From Candidatus Latescibacterota bacterium (lineage in GTDB: Bacteria; Latescibacterota; UBA2968; UBA8231), in the NCBI GenBank assembly GCA_965242865.1, contig CBDETK010000013.1, forward strand, positions 2,592,001 to 2,656,000: DNA of 64,000 nt, read 5' to 3'. A model generated the notes under the pieces. The model was not told the origin of the DNA. It made no database searches and saw only the letters and a program-made list of their open reading frames with translations. Each line of letters begins with the position of its first letter. Position 1 is the first letter of the stretch. The translations under genes were made by a program, and so were the position numbers. Of this stretch, positions 39,000 through 48,552 are shown one piece after another.

Positions 39000-40115
39000 C
39001 TACCAGTCTTTTGCGGCAAGTTTTCGCAAGTCAGCCTGAAGGTTCTCAATCGTACCGTCACGGGGAGAGATGATGTTAAACCACGTCTCGATCTCAGCTT
39101 CGTGCGCCGTGAAGTAGCTTCGGAGTGCCTCGTCTGCGTCAGTGGCCATGCGCACCTTGGTAAATATATTCGTTCCAGATCCGCGGGGATAACTCGCCAA
39201 GAATGCCTCACGAACAGGTGCCAACTCTGGTGTGGGATTGATCAGCAGCCTGTCAATGAACTGGGACAACCCAGCATCGGTAAGGAACAAAAGCCAGTCG
39301 TATGACTGAGCCAGAACGCGAAGTTCCTTGTTGTGGTTGTCAGAGGTAAACCAGTTACCATGGTTGCTGACGACGCCAACGGAGAGTACGAATCCAGCGA
39401 GTTCGATAATCGACGATGCGTCAATGGCTTCCCGGAGTAGTTCGTCGTATAGGCCGGTTCGAAAGCTACCGTCGGATTGTTCCATGACTCCTTGGAACTG
39501 CCCATTCCTAAGCCGCACTTTTTGCAGGGAAGACACGGACCGTGCAACATAAGCACCCTGTTTTGCCTTTTCAATCGTCTGCGGCCCTTTTCGCATCCCT
39601 TCCTCCACGCCTACGCGCTTGCATTCAAAGATCGCGAACGGATCCCTGGAGAGCAGACATACGATGAGTTTGCAAATAGAACCATTCAATGTATCAACAT
39701 TAGCAATAACTGGACCTGTTTTGCTCTCTATAAGGACAGCTGCGTTGCGCTTCACGGCGTCTTTGCTGAGTACCTGAGTTGATTTGACAGCCATTCCTCG
39801 TAGAAAGGGCAAGTGATGCTTGATCTTTGCGGCCGTGAGAGGAAGGGATAACGAGGCGATCTCGACTTCATGGCGTTCTCTGATGGGGTGAAGTGAGAAC
39901 TCGACGTTGTGCAATATCTCAGGGTTGGCGAACTCAGGCACTGAGCGCTCAATGACGATATGGTCACGAAGATTCCACGTACGGAGAGTGTAAAATGCGA
40001 CGATCTCAACGAGCGTCCCCAACGCACGACCTGCGGCCTTCTTTCGGTCCGCGGCGTAACGGAAGACCGTGTCTGCCAGAGTTCTTTGAAGTGCATCAAC
40101 TGACTCAAAGACCAA
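39000..40115 (-). CDS. Putative type II restriction endonuclease
   Basis: Low-GC ORF directly upstream of the MTase; PD-(D/E)xK-like FECKRVG; RBS AGGAGA. Confidence 0.6.
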   Translation of the reverse strand: MVFESVDALQRTLADTVFRYAADRKKAAGRALGTLVEIVAFYTLRTWNLRDHIVIERSVPEFANPEILHNVEFSLHPIRERHEVEIASLSLPLTAAKIKHHLPFLRGMAVKSTQVLSKDAVKRNAAVLIESKTGPVIANVDTLNGSICKLIVCLLSRDPFAIFECKRVGVEEGMRKGPQTIEKAKQGAYVARSVSSLQKVRLRNGQFQGVMEQSDGSFRTGLYDELLREAIDASSIIELAGFVLSVGVVSNHGNWFTSDNHNKELRVLAQSYDWLLFLTDAGLSQFIDRLLINPTPELAPVREAFLASYPRGSGTNIFTKVRMATDADEALRSYFTAHEAEIETWFNIISPRDGTIENLQADLRKLAAKDW

Positions 40116-40192
40116 TAGGTTTCTCCTAGCTTGTTCTGCTAATCCTGTCTAAATATAGAGGTCAGCCACGGTTTGTCCGCATCGTCTGCCGC

Positions 40193-40682
40193 GGCGTAAC
40201 GCACGTGCCTAGCGGCGATACTGGTCGAGTGCCCCTTGTCTCGGATCAAAGGTCGTAGCGTGGTTCCACGAGGCGTCGTGCTGGTACATGAGACCCGCGC
40301 GCATCTCGGCAAAAACCGCCCGCTGCTCGGGCGAGCAGTCGCCCAGCCATTGGGCGGCGAATTCGACGCTGTGGAGGCCCGCGTCCTTGGCCAAGCGCGT
40401 CAGGCCCTCGGGGGTGTGGGGGGCCAGGGCGCGACCGGCTTCGCGGTGGGCGCCGGTAAAGCTCCAAGCGCAGAGGCCGATTTTCATGCGCGGCTCGTTT
40501 CGGTCAACTGGTCGAGAGGGACGTTTTGCTCGACGCCGGTGGATAGGGTTTTGATCCGCACCTGACCGGCGGCCCATTCGTCCGGGGCCAGCAAGACCAG
40601 CCGAGCGGCCCCGAGCTGGTCGGCGCGGCGAAAGGCCCAGCGGACTTTTTTGTCTTCGAGGACCAAATCAACCGAGCGGCCG
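40193..40682. repeat. Chimeric duplicate: sulfatase 3' end (40193-40289 = 35662-35762) fused to isomerase 5' end/hisS 3' end (40289-40682 = 37968-38361)
   Basis: Direct comparison; implies a ~2.7 kb duplication with ~2.2 kb missing from this copy. Confidence 0.9.
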
Positions 40683-41761
40683 GTCTGCCGCAGTCGGGCC
40701 GCCACGTCTATGGCGGCCGGGCGCAGGTCGGCGTTGAAGGCAAAGACTAGGTCGTCCACGGCCTTGGAAACCGCGGGCAGCAGCCCTTGGGCCTCGAGCA
40801 ATTCGACGATGACCGCGTCGCCACAGCCAAACCCGCAGGCCGGTACGTCTTGGCCGCCAAAAGTCGAAAGCAGCCGGTCGTAGCGGCCTCCGCCGCAGAT
40901 GGCGCGCAGGTCGCCGCCGCGGTCAAAAGCCTCAAAGACGATGCCCGTATAATAGGCCAGTCCCCGCACTAGACTCGCCTCAAACGAGAGCCAATCGACA
41001 TAGCCGTAGTCAGCGGCCAAGTCGAAGAGACGATGCAGTTCGGCAATGCCGGAGTGGTCGGTTCCGATTGCGGCGGCTATCTGGTCGAGTTCGTCCGCGG
41101 AGAGGGCCTCGATAATGCGGTCAACCATGCCGCGATCCAAGCCCAAGGCGGCCATGTCGTCCTCAAGGGCTGCACGCGGCACTTTTTCTAGCTTGTCAAT
41201 CAGGACGCACACCGGGGCGAATCGGTCGTCGGACACGCCGAGGCCCTGGAGCAGCCCTTGGAGAATTTTGCGATTGGATACTTTGATGCCGACGTCCGCC
41301 GGGCCGAGGCCGAGGCCCTTAAAAAAGGTGGTGAGGGCGGCGAGCAACTCGGCTTCCGCGGTCACCTCGGCAACGCCGACAATATCCATATTCCACTGAT
41401 AGTGTTCGCGTCTGCGCCCGCGGGTCATGCGCTCGTAGCGCCAACACTGGGGAATGCTGAACCACTTGAGAGGCAGGGCCAAGGAGCCGCCCTTTTGCAG
41501 CACCAGCCGAGCCAGCGACGGGGTCATTTCCGGGCGCAGAGCTAGGCGGCGTCCACTTTTGTCGGCAAAGTTGTAGAGTTGGTCGGTGATTTCCTCGCCG
41601 GCCTTGCGCGTGTAGAGGGCTTCGGATTCCACGACTGGAGCGTCGTATTCTTCAAAGGCAAAAAGATCCGCCACCGCGCGAAAATGGCCCAGCAACCAGT
41701 TGTGCTGGCGCATATCCTCGGGGAAAAAATCGCGGGTGCCGCGAGGTGGAGACAGGTTCAT
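40484..41761 (-). CDS. hisS: Histidine--tRNA ligase
   Basis: PRGTRDF, LRPEMTPS, WRYER..GR.REH.Q, RGLAYYTG, GGGRYD. Confidence 0.95.
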   Translation of the reverse strand: MNLSPPRGTRDFFPEDMRQHNWLLGHFRAVADLFAFEEYDAPVVESEALYTRKAGEEITDQLYNFADKSGRRLALRPEMTPSLARLVLQKGGSLALPLKWFSIPQCWRYERMTRGRRREHYQWNMDIVGVAEVTAEAELLAALTTFFKGLGLGPADVGIKVSNRKILQGLLQGLGVSDDRFAPVCVLIDKLEKVPRAALEDDMAALGLDRGMVDRIIEALSADELDQIAAAIGTDHSGIAELHRLFDLAADYGYVDWLSFEASLVRGLAYYTGIVFEAFDRGGDLRAICGGGRYDRLLSTFGGQDVPACGFGCGDAVIVELLEAQGLLPAVSKAVDDLVFAFNADLRPAAIDVAARLRQTGRSVDLVLEDKKVRWAFRRADQLGAARLVLLAPDEWAAGQVRIKTLSTGVEQNVPLDQLTETSRA

Positions 41762-41888
41762 AGCGAGGGCTTTCTATAAAAAGGGGAAGGACAGGTTGCG
41801 GCTGGGAGCGAGCCGAGGGGCGATAATTGCGCGACCCTTAGCAGCGAGAAAAGGTTTTGACAGCGGTGATTTTGAGTGGATTGACCCG

Positions 41889-42092
41889 CTAGCCGAACAA
41901 CTTTAAGGCCCCGATGAGGCCCCAGGTCGCCACTTGTAGAACAATGACCCACCGCAAGAGGCTGTCGAGCTTGGCTTCAACGCTACCCAAGCGGATGTTG
42001 ATTTGCTCGACAATGCCCTCCAGTCGGGCGATGCGCCCCTCGTGATCCAACAGATACGGCCGCTCCGGCGGCTTATCGGTCATATTGGTCAT
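41889..42092 (-). CDS. Small coiled-coil + C-terminal TM protein (XhlA-like architecture)
   Basis: RBS AGGAG; RIARLEG..VEAKLD heptads then a hydrophobic tail. Confidence 0.55.
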   Translation of the reverse strand: MTNMTDKPPERPYLLDHEGRIARLEGIVEQINIRLGSVEAKLDSLLRWVIVLQVATWGLIGALKLFG

Positions 42093-42175
42093 ATCAAAAC
42101 TCCTTTTTGTTTGTGCCCATTGATCAAGGTGTCCGCAAGGGCACGGCTGCGGTCGTCTATAATATCAGGCCGCGA

Positions 42176-43060
42176 CTAGCCCAAAGCAAAGACCGCCTCG
42201 CCGACGACGATGGCCACAAGCCCTAGCAACATGCCGACTTTGAGCAAGCGGCCGAGGCGGTCGTCGGCCAGTACTGCGCGTTGGCAATACAACTGCCAGA
42301 GGACGTAGCCGACCAAGGCGTGAACCGGCAGCAGAGCGAACGCGTACAGCGCGCCGTAAAGGCCCATGAAAAACGGCATCCAAGTAAAGCCAACCAACAC
42401 CAAGTACACGAGGGCTGCCAGCATCCCAGCTTGGGCGCGTCCCCAAGCAAGGGGCAAGGTGCGCTCGCGGCGGATTTGGTCTCCGGCGATGTCCTCGATG
42501 TCCTTGATCATTTCTCGTCCCAAGTGAAAGAGGAAGGCAAAGAGCGCGGGAATCCACGAGCGGCCTATACCGCCAGCGGTTAGAGCACCATAAGGAAAGG
42601 CAACGGCCCCGACAAAGGCGACGAGTACATTGCCCCACAGCAGGCTGTTTGTTAAGAAAATGCTATAGAGCGCGAGCAAGGCGACGGCGATTAGGGCGAT
42701 CAATCCATGCCCAGGGCTGAGGCTGAACGCGAGCGCACAGCCGGCGAGGGCGAGAAGCAAACTCTGCGTTCGGGCCGTGTTCGGGCTGAGGCGACCGGCC
42801 GGCAGGGGGCGCAACGGGCGATTGACGCGATCGATGTCTATGTCCATCAAATCGTTAAAGGCATTGCCGGCGCCGTTGATCAAGGCGGCAGAAAGAGCGG
42901 CGAGCACGAGGGCCGGCCAAGCCGGGGCTTGGTCTGCGGTCAAAGCACCAATGCCGACCGAGAGGGCGGTAATCAGGCCGTTGAACGGCCGGGGCAGGAG
43001 GAAAAAGGCACTGAGTTGCGACAAGGGTCTCCGTTTGTAGGCGAGTAACAGTTTCCTCAT
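42176..43060 (-). CDS. UbiA-family prenyltransferase, DGGGP-synthase-like
   Basis: NDLMDIDIDRVNRPLRPLPAG and REMIKDIEDIAGD Asp-rich motifs; multiple TMs. Confidence 0.8.
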   Translation of the reverse strand: MRKLLLAYKRRPLSQLSAFFLLPRPFNGLITALSVGIGALTADQAPAWPALVLAALSAALINGAGNAFNDLMDIDIDRVNRPLRPLPAGRLSPNTARTQSLLLALAGCALAFSLSPGHGLIALIAVALLALYSIFLTNSLLWGNVLVAFVGAVAFPYGALTAGGIGRSWIPALFAFLFHLGREMIKDIEDIAGDQIRRERTLPLAWGRAQAGMLAALVYLVLVGFTWMPFFMGLYGALYAFALLPVHALVGYVLWQLYCQRAVLADDRLGRLLKVGMLLGLVAIVVGEAVFALG

Positions 43061-43242
43061 AAGTACGCGACACTTACTTTGCGTACCTGTTCCTGATGCG
43101 TCCGGGATCGAGGCAAGATGCCCTCGATCCTTGGAACGCTGGTCGCTGGTGTCGTGTAGTAAGCAGTTTTCCTATAAAAGCAAAGGGCGACAGGCGACGC
43201 CAAGCGGCTTTTGGCGGCCAAGGTGCGCGGGCCGATTTGTTC

Positions 43243-43271
43243 TTGACAGGGCCTGACGCGCACAGTACGTT
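43243..43271 (+). promoter_or_regulatory. Putative sigma70 promoter of the M28 peptidase gene
   Basis: TTGACA-17 nt-TACGTT, 35 nt upstream of the ATG. Confidence 0.45.
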
Positions 43272-43306
43272 CCCTAACGTTTTGTTTCTCAAAGAGTAAG
43301 CTAGCC

Positions 43307-45370
43307 ATGAACACAATTAAAGGGGCGTTGTGCGCCTCTCTTTTTTTTAGCGGCTTCGCTTGGGCCGATCCGCCCTTGGTCGGCCTGTCTTGGAACGCAC
43401 CCACCGAACTCGCTGCGATCGCCGAGCGGAGCGAGCAAGTGCGCTACGTGGCGCGCGGCATCGCTTTTGTCGAGGCCAGCGACCGTGCGGTCGCGGAGTT
43501 CGCAACGCGGGGCTTTACCATCCTTTGCCTCGACAGGCCGCAGGCGGGCGACCGCTATTTTGTCGCCGCTCACCTCGATTTGCCCCTGCCCCAAGGCGTT
43601 GAATTGGTCTTTACTCGCGGCGGCGAATGGGCGCTCTTGCGGGTGGAGCCGACCGCCCGCTTGCACGAAGGGCCTTACTTCCTCTGGCCCCTGCCCACCC
43701 ACTACAGCCTAGACGGGTGGTTGGACGCGCCTAAGCGGGCACCCAAGGCCCTGCAAACGGCCTCGCCGGCTGTGGCGGCCCTCATCGAGGAAGTCGCCGC
43801 CGAGCGCTTGCAAGCCCACGTCGAGGCCCTCGCGTTGAAAGACCCGGCTTTGGGCAGCGTCCCCGGCAACATGCGCAGCCGCTTTGCCGTGCATCCCGAG
43901 ATACGCGAGTCAACCGAGTACATCCGCTCGCAACTGGCCGCGGCCCTCGGCGACCAAGCGGTCGAGTTGCATCCCTTCCCCATTGCCTCAGAGCGCGTAG
44001 TCTTTCACGCCTCGCGCCGCGGCAACGAGGGCCACGCCCCGACCGACACCACCGCGTACAACATCATCGGCACCCTGCCGGGCACGGACCCAGCGGCCGG
44101 GTACTACATCATCTGCGCTCACTACGACGCCACCGGGGTGCGCTCGGCCGGCGGCTGGGACTGGATTCGCGAGCCGGCACCCGGGGCCGACGACAATGCC
44201 AGCGGCGTGGCCTTGGTCTTGGAGAGCGCGCGGCTGTTGGCCGCGCAGCAGTTTCCTTGGTCCATTCGCTTTATCGCTTGGTCAGGCGAGGAATTGGGCC
44301 TGTTGGGCAGCCAAGTGTACGCCGACTTAGCGGCCGAGCGCGACGACAAAATTCTCGGGGTGTTCAATTTCGACATGATCGGCTTCAATCACTTGCAGCA
44401 GCGGTTGGAGATCGTGACGAATCCCGGGTCGCGCTGGCTGGCGGCCGAGATGGCGTCGGCCGCCGAGCGCTACGGAATCGGGCTGGCTATCGACGTGCTC
44501 GAAGACCCAGGCTCGCGCATCAGCGACCACGCGCCGTTTTGGAAGTGGGGCTACGACGCCATCGTCGGCATTGAAAACCACCTGCCCGCAGACCCGACGA
44601 CCTACGGCGTGCGCGAGGGGGTCTATCGGGTCAACTCCCAGTACCACACGGTCGTCGATGTACCCGACAGCATCAACTGGGAGCTGGTGCGCCGCACCAC
44701 CCAAGTGGCCGTGGCGACGGTGGCCGAGTACGGGTTGGGAGAAGGCCCGCCGAATTTGGCGGTCTTCACCGGCGACTTGCGCGGCGACCGCACGGACGAT
44801 CTCCGCGTCCGCGTCAGCAATCTCGGGCTGGGCGCGGTCGCGAGCAGCTTCTCGGTGCGGGTCTCGCGCTGCGCCCTAGACTCCAGCCGCTGCCAAGTCA
44901 TCCACCGGGCACAGGCCCCAGCGGGCTTGGCCCCCGGCGCGAGCGCGGACTTGCGCATTCCCCATCAGCGATTCGGCGAAATGGTCTTTTTGATCGAGGT
45001 CGATGCGGAAGGGCAAATTGACGAAGGCAGCGAGGCGGACAACCGCGTCTTTCAGCGTTTGCGCCTGGTGCCCCAGTCCAAGCTCGCCGTCTTTCCCAAC
45101 CCCTTCCGCCTGGGCAACGGCCGCGTGCTTCGCTTCAGCGGCGTCCCGCTCAAATCCTCGGTGCAGGTCTTTGGGCCAGCGGGCGAGCTCGTGTGGGAAG
45201 CGATTGAGGACGACGACGCCCAGCGGCGCTTGGGGGCCGGGGCCAACGAGGTGCTGTGGTACGGAACCAACCTCTCCAACGCGCCTGTGGGCAACGGAAT
45301 TTACATCTATGCGATTTACGACCCAGCAGGAACCCTGCTGGCGAGGGACAAAATCGCGGTCGTGCGCTGA
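43307..45370 (+). CDS. Secreted M28 metallopeptidase with CARDB-like and FlgD-Ig-like C-terminal domains
   Basis: CAHYD, GADDNASG, GEELGL, DMIG, SDH, YHT; tail FPNPF...W.G.N....V.NGIYIY. Confidence 0.85.
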   Translation: MNTIKGALCASLFFSGFAWADPPLVGLSWNAPTELAAIAERSEQVRYVARGIAFVEASDRAVAEFATRGFTILCLDRPQAGDRYFVAAHLDLPLPQGVELVFTRGGEWALLRVEPTARLHEGPYFLWPLPTHYSLDGWLDAPKRAPKALQTASPAVAALIEEVAAERLQAHVEALALKDPALGSVPGNMRSRFAVHPEIRESTEYIRSQLAAALGDQAVELHPFPIASERVVFHASRRGNEGHAPTDTTAYNIIGTLPGTDPAAGYYIICAHYDATGVRSAGGWDWIREPAPGADDNASGVALVLESARLLAAQQFPWSIRFIAWSGEELGLLGSQVYADLAAERDDKILGVFNFDMIGFNHLQQRLEIVTNPGSRWLAAEMASAAERYGIGLAIDVLEDPGSRISDHAPFWKWGYDAIVGIENHLPADPTTYGVREGVYRVNSQYHTVVDVPDSINWELVRRTTQVAVATVAEYGLGEGPPNLAVFTGDLRGDRTDDLRVRVSNLGLGAVASSFSVRVSRCALDSSRCQVIHRAQAPAGLAPGASADLRIPHQRFGEMVFLIEVDAEGQIDEGSEADNRVFQRLRLVPQSKLAVFPNPFRLGNGRVLRFSGVPLKSSVQVFGPAGELVWEAIEDDDAQRRLGAGANEVLWYGTNLSNAPVGNGIYIYAIYDPAGTLLARDKIAVVR

Positions 45371-45389
45371 CGCGAAAGAGAGCTTGCTC

Positions 45390-45947
45390 ATGGAAACCAT
45401 CGGCAATTTGGTGACAGCGGCTCGTCTCGTGGAGCAGCAAGGCGATGGCTACCGCTGTGAATTGATTTTAGGAGAGGTAGTGAAGATGAGCCCGACCAGC
45501 GGCAAACACGGCGTCATTGCCCTTCGCATCGGGCGGTTGCTGGGCAATTGGGCGGACCAGCAGGGCGTTGGGCTGGTGTTTGCCGCGGAAACCGGATTCA
45601 AACTGGCGACCAATCCCGATACCGTGCGCACGGCCGATGTCGCCCTCGTGCTAAATGAGCGCGTCCCCGCTACGGGCGTACCCGACAGCTTCTGGGAAGG
45701 AGCACCAGACTTGGCGGTGGAAGTGCTCTCTCCCAACGACAGCGCGAGTGACGTGTTAGACAAGGTGCGCGATTATCTCGCGGCCGGGGCGGATCAAGTG
45801 TGGATCGCAGACCCCAAAAGCAGCGCGGTTTCCGTGTACAGGTCGTTACAGGACATGCAGACGCTGACGGCGCGGGAGACGTTAGTGGGGACAGGAGCCG
45901 TAGAGGGCTTTAGGTGCGGGGTTGGGGAGTTTTTCGCCGCACGATGA
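45390..45947 (+). CDS. Uma2-family endonuclease
   Basis: ELILGEV..MSP...HG, ADVA, PDLAVEVLSP, YLAAG...VW..DP. Confidence 0.85.
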   Translation: METIGNLVTAARLVEQQGDGYRCELILGEVVKMSPTSGKHGVIALRIGRLLGNWADQQGVGLVFAAETGFKLATNPDTVRTADVALVLNERVPATGVPDSFWEGAPDLAVEVLSPNDSASDVLDKVRDYLAAGADQVWIADPKSSAVSVYRSLQDMQTLTARETLVGTGAVEGFRCGVGEFFAAR

Positions 45948-46600
45948 ACGAAGGGGAACTGGTGATTCGCGCAGTGTTGTGGGACAACGATGGCGTCCTA
46001 GTAGATACCGAGAGGCTGTACTTTCAGGCCGGGCGAGAGGTCATGGCAACGCAGGGTATTGAGCTGACGCCGGAGGATTTTGTTGAGCAGTCGTTGAAAA
46101 AGGGACAAAGCGTATTTGACTTGCTGCCCGACCCAGATGCGGAACTGATAGATCGGTTGCGCTTGCAGCGCAATGCGCGGTACAGCGCGTTGTTGCGGGA
46201 ACAGGTGCGGGTTTTGGATGGGGTGGTGGAGACGCTCCGGGCATTACACGGCCGTGTGCTCATGGGGGTGGTGACCGGGTCGCGGAAGGATCACTTTGAC
46301 ATCATTCACGCCCAAACGAATTTGCTCCCGTTTTTCGAGTTTGTAATCACGCGAGAAGATTACCAAGAAGCAAAGCCCCACCCCGATGCGTACTTGACGG
46401 CCATGCGACTGCATGGGTTGACGCCGGAGACCTGCGTCGTCGTGGAGGATTCGGAGCGGGGATGCGCTGCGGCCGCAAAGGCTGGGTTGCGCGTCCTCGC
46501 GGTGCCGAATGCGTTGTCGCAACGCGGCGATTTTTCACCGGCGTACAAAGTGCTGCGATCCGTCCGAGAGGTGGTGGACGAAGTGGAGCGGTTGCACTGA
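45944..46600 (+). CDS. HAD-family phosphatase
   Basis: WDNDGVLVDTE, KPHPD, VEDS..G. Confidence 0.88.
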   Translation: MNEGELVIRAVLWDNDGVLVDTERLYFQAGREVMATQGIELTPEDFVEQSLKKGQSVFDLLPDPDAELIDRLRLQRNARYSALLREQVRVLDGVVETLRALHGRVLMGVVTGSRKDHFDIIHAQTNLLPFFEFVITREDYQEAKPHPDAYLTAMRLHGLTPETCVVVEDSERGCAAAAKAGLRVLAVPNALSQRGDFSPAYKVLRSVREVVDEVERLH

Positions 46601-46626
46601 GGATCACGGCCAAAGCGCGCCCCGCC

Positions 46627-48390
46627 CTAAAACTCGGCCCCATCGCGCGTAAAGACTACGCGCCCCGCCAGCATGGTCAGCTCGACTTGAATGGCGTGAA
46701 TGCGATGCGGCGGCGTGCTGAACAAGTCTCGTTCTATCACAATTAAATCGGCCTGCTTGCCGGGCGCGATGACGCCCACCTCTTCTTCGAGGCGCAGTTG
46801 GCGAGCGCCGTTGGCCGTATAGCCCAGCAGGAGATCGGCGAGAGCCAGGCGTTGATCGGCTGGCGGCAAGGGCGTGCCTTCCTCGGCACCCGGCGCAAGG
46901 CGCGTGTGCCCGATCTCAATCCCGTACAGCGGCGAGGTTTGCGGAAAAGGCAAACCCGTGGCCGGATAATCCGCGCCAAAGGCAACCAGCGGCGCCGCAT
47001 CCCACATTGCTTGCAACAGCATCACCTCGGCACCGCGCGTTGGGTCGAGCAGGTGTGAATAGAGAGCGAGCGTCCCGCTTAGATCGTGCGCCCAATGGGG
47101 CGTGGTTTGGAGCATGACGTCCAGCGACTTCATGCGGCGCAAATCTTCGGGTGCGGCGAGCATGGCGTGTGCAACGGTGACGCGGCTGTCCGAGGTGGGT
47201 ACGGCCGTGCGGGCCGCGGCCACGGCATCCAGCGTCACGCGCAAGGTGCGGTCGCCAATGGCGTGAATGTGCGCGTCCAAATCGGCCTTTCGCAGCGCGG
47301 CGAGGAATTGGGCAAACGGTTTTCCCGCCAGCAAGACCGCGCCGCGGCCGCCGGCCGCATACGGTTTGAGCACCGCGGCCGTTTCGCCTTCTATCGTACC
47401 GTCGTTGGGAATTTTTACGGTGTGGAGATCGATGAGGCCCGAGGCGAACTCTTGGCGCATTTGGGCCACGCGTCGCGCCACGTCGTCGCCGTGCTCGTCC
47501 GGGCTGTTGAGATACGAGCTGGCGCGGAATCGCACGGGCAGTTGCCCAGCGCGCTCCATAGCGGTGAGGGCTTTCAGCGCGTTTCGCAGCAAGACGTCGC
47601 CGCCGGGAATGCCCGCGTCAAACACGGTGGTGATCCCCATGGCCGAATAATTTGGCAACATGTCGGAAAAGGCGGCGCGGAAATCCGCTTCCGAGCCAAT
47701 GCCAAAAAGCGGCACCAAGGGCCAAAAAGCATTGCCTTCCACCATCCAGCCCGTGGGGTCGCCGTTCTCGTCGCGCTGGTAGTAGTGGACCCCAGGCAAG
47801 GGGTCGGGCGTGTGCGCGGTGATGCCGGCCACTTCCAATGCCTTGCTGTTGACCCAAGCACTGTGCGCGTCGAGGGCGATGAGCATGACCGGGCGGTCGG
47901 AGACGACCTCGTCCAAATCGCCGCGGTAGGGGCCTTTCACGCCTGCAACATTGAGGGCGGTGTTGAGCGCACTCGGAAAGCCAAACCCGAACAAAACCTT
48001 CTCGTCGGGATGGGCGTCGGCATAGGCTTTCAGCGCGGCCTGCACCTCGGCGACGGTCTGCGTCCCGATGACCTGCAATTTGGCGTTGAGTAGGCCGGCT
48101 ACGGCGGGATGCGAGTGGGTTTCCACAAACCCGGGGAGGAGCATTCGGCCCTTGAGGTCAATGACGCGAGCACTGCTGTCGGCACGGCTCGACGCTTCCG
48201 CACGCGGACCGACGTAGTGAATCCGCCCGTCGCGCACGAGCACTGATTCGGCGCGAGGTTGCGTCTGCTCGCCGGTCCAGACCGTACCATTGACGAAGAG
48301 CGTCTCTTCGGCCATCAAGGGGGCCGAAGCGTCCCAAACGAACAGCGCACCCAAAAGCGCGACGATCCCTTTTTTCTTATAAATGCTCAT
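46627..48390 (-). CDS. Secreted amidohydrolase (YtcJ/Amidohydro_3-like)
   Basis: PGFVETHSH, HAIGDR, GADYP, GKQADL. Confidence 0.85.
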   Translation of the reverse strand: MSIYKKKGIVALLGALFVWDASAPLMAEETLFVNGTVWTGEQTQPRAESVLVRDGRIHYVGPRAEASSRADSSARVIDLKGRMLLPGFVETHSHPAVAGLLNAKLQVIGTQTVAEVQAALKAYADAHPDEKVLFGFGFPSALNTALNVAGVKGPYRGDLDEVVSDRPVMLIALDAHSAWVNSKALEVAGITAHTPDPLPGVHYYQRDENGDPTGWMVEGNAFWPLVPLFGIGSEADFRAAFSDMLPNYSAMGITTVFDAGIPGGDVLLRNALKALTAMERAGQLPVRFRASSYLNSPDEHGDDVARRVAQMRQEFASGLIDLHTVKIPNDGTIEGETAAVLKPYAAGGRGAVLLAGKPFAQFLAALRKADLDAHIHAIGDRTLRVTLDAVAAARTAVPTSDSRVTVAHAMLAAPEDLRRMKSLDVMLQTTPHWAHDLSGTLALYSHLLDPTRGAEVMLLQAMWDAAPLVAFGADYPATGLPFPQTSPLYGIEIGHTRLAPGAEEGTPLPPADQRLALADLLLGYTANGARQLRLEEEVGVIAPGKQADLIVIERDLFSTPPHRIHAIQVELTMLAGRVVFTRDGAEF

Positions 48391-48552
48391 GATCTTTCCT
48401 CTCTTTCTGTCTATGAGGAGTCATTTGTATGTTGCCGATTCCTTTTAGATCGGCACGGTCTTTTCTACCTATGTCATCCCGCAAACGCGGGAATCCAGTC
48501 TTGAATAACGTAGGATTGCTATATTGCGGCCTTGGTCGAAGCATTCCCTTTT

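Noticed and set aside
38362-40192. Classical integrative element or prophage using hisS as attB
   Set aside because: No integrase or phage genes; the duplication spans parts of three genes, unlike an att core
40209-40577. 122-aa ORF as a new gene; likewise 35159-35467 and 38163-38465
   Set aside because: Chimeras of duplicated fragments of the isomerase/sulfatase, CRTAC1 and hisS genes
35159-40682. Duplications as simple exact-copy assembly errors
   Set aside because: Copies carry substitutions and internal deletions; a strain-chimeric assembly still cannot be excluded without reads
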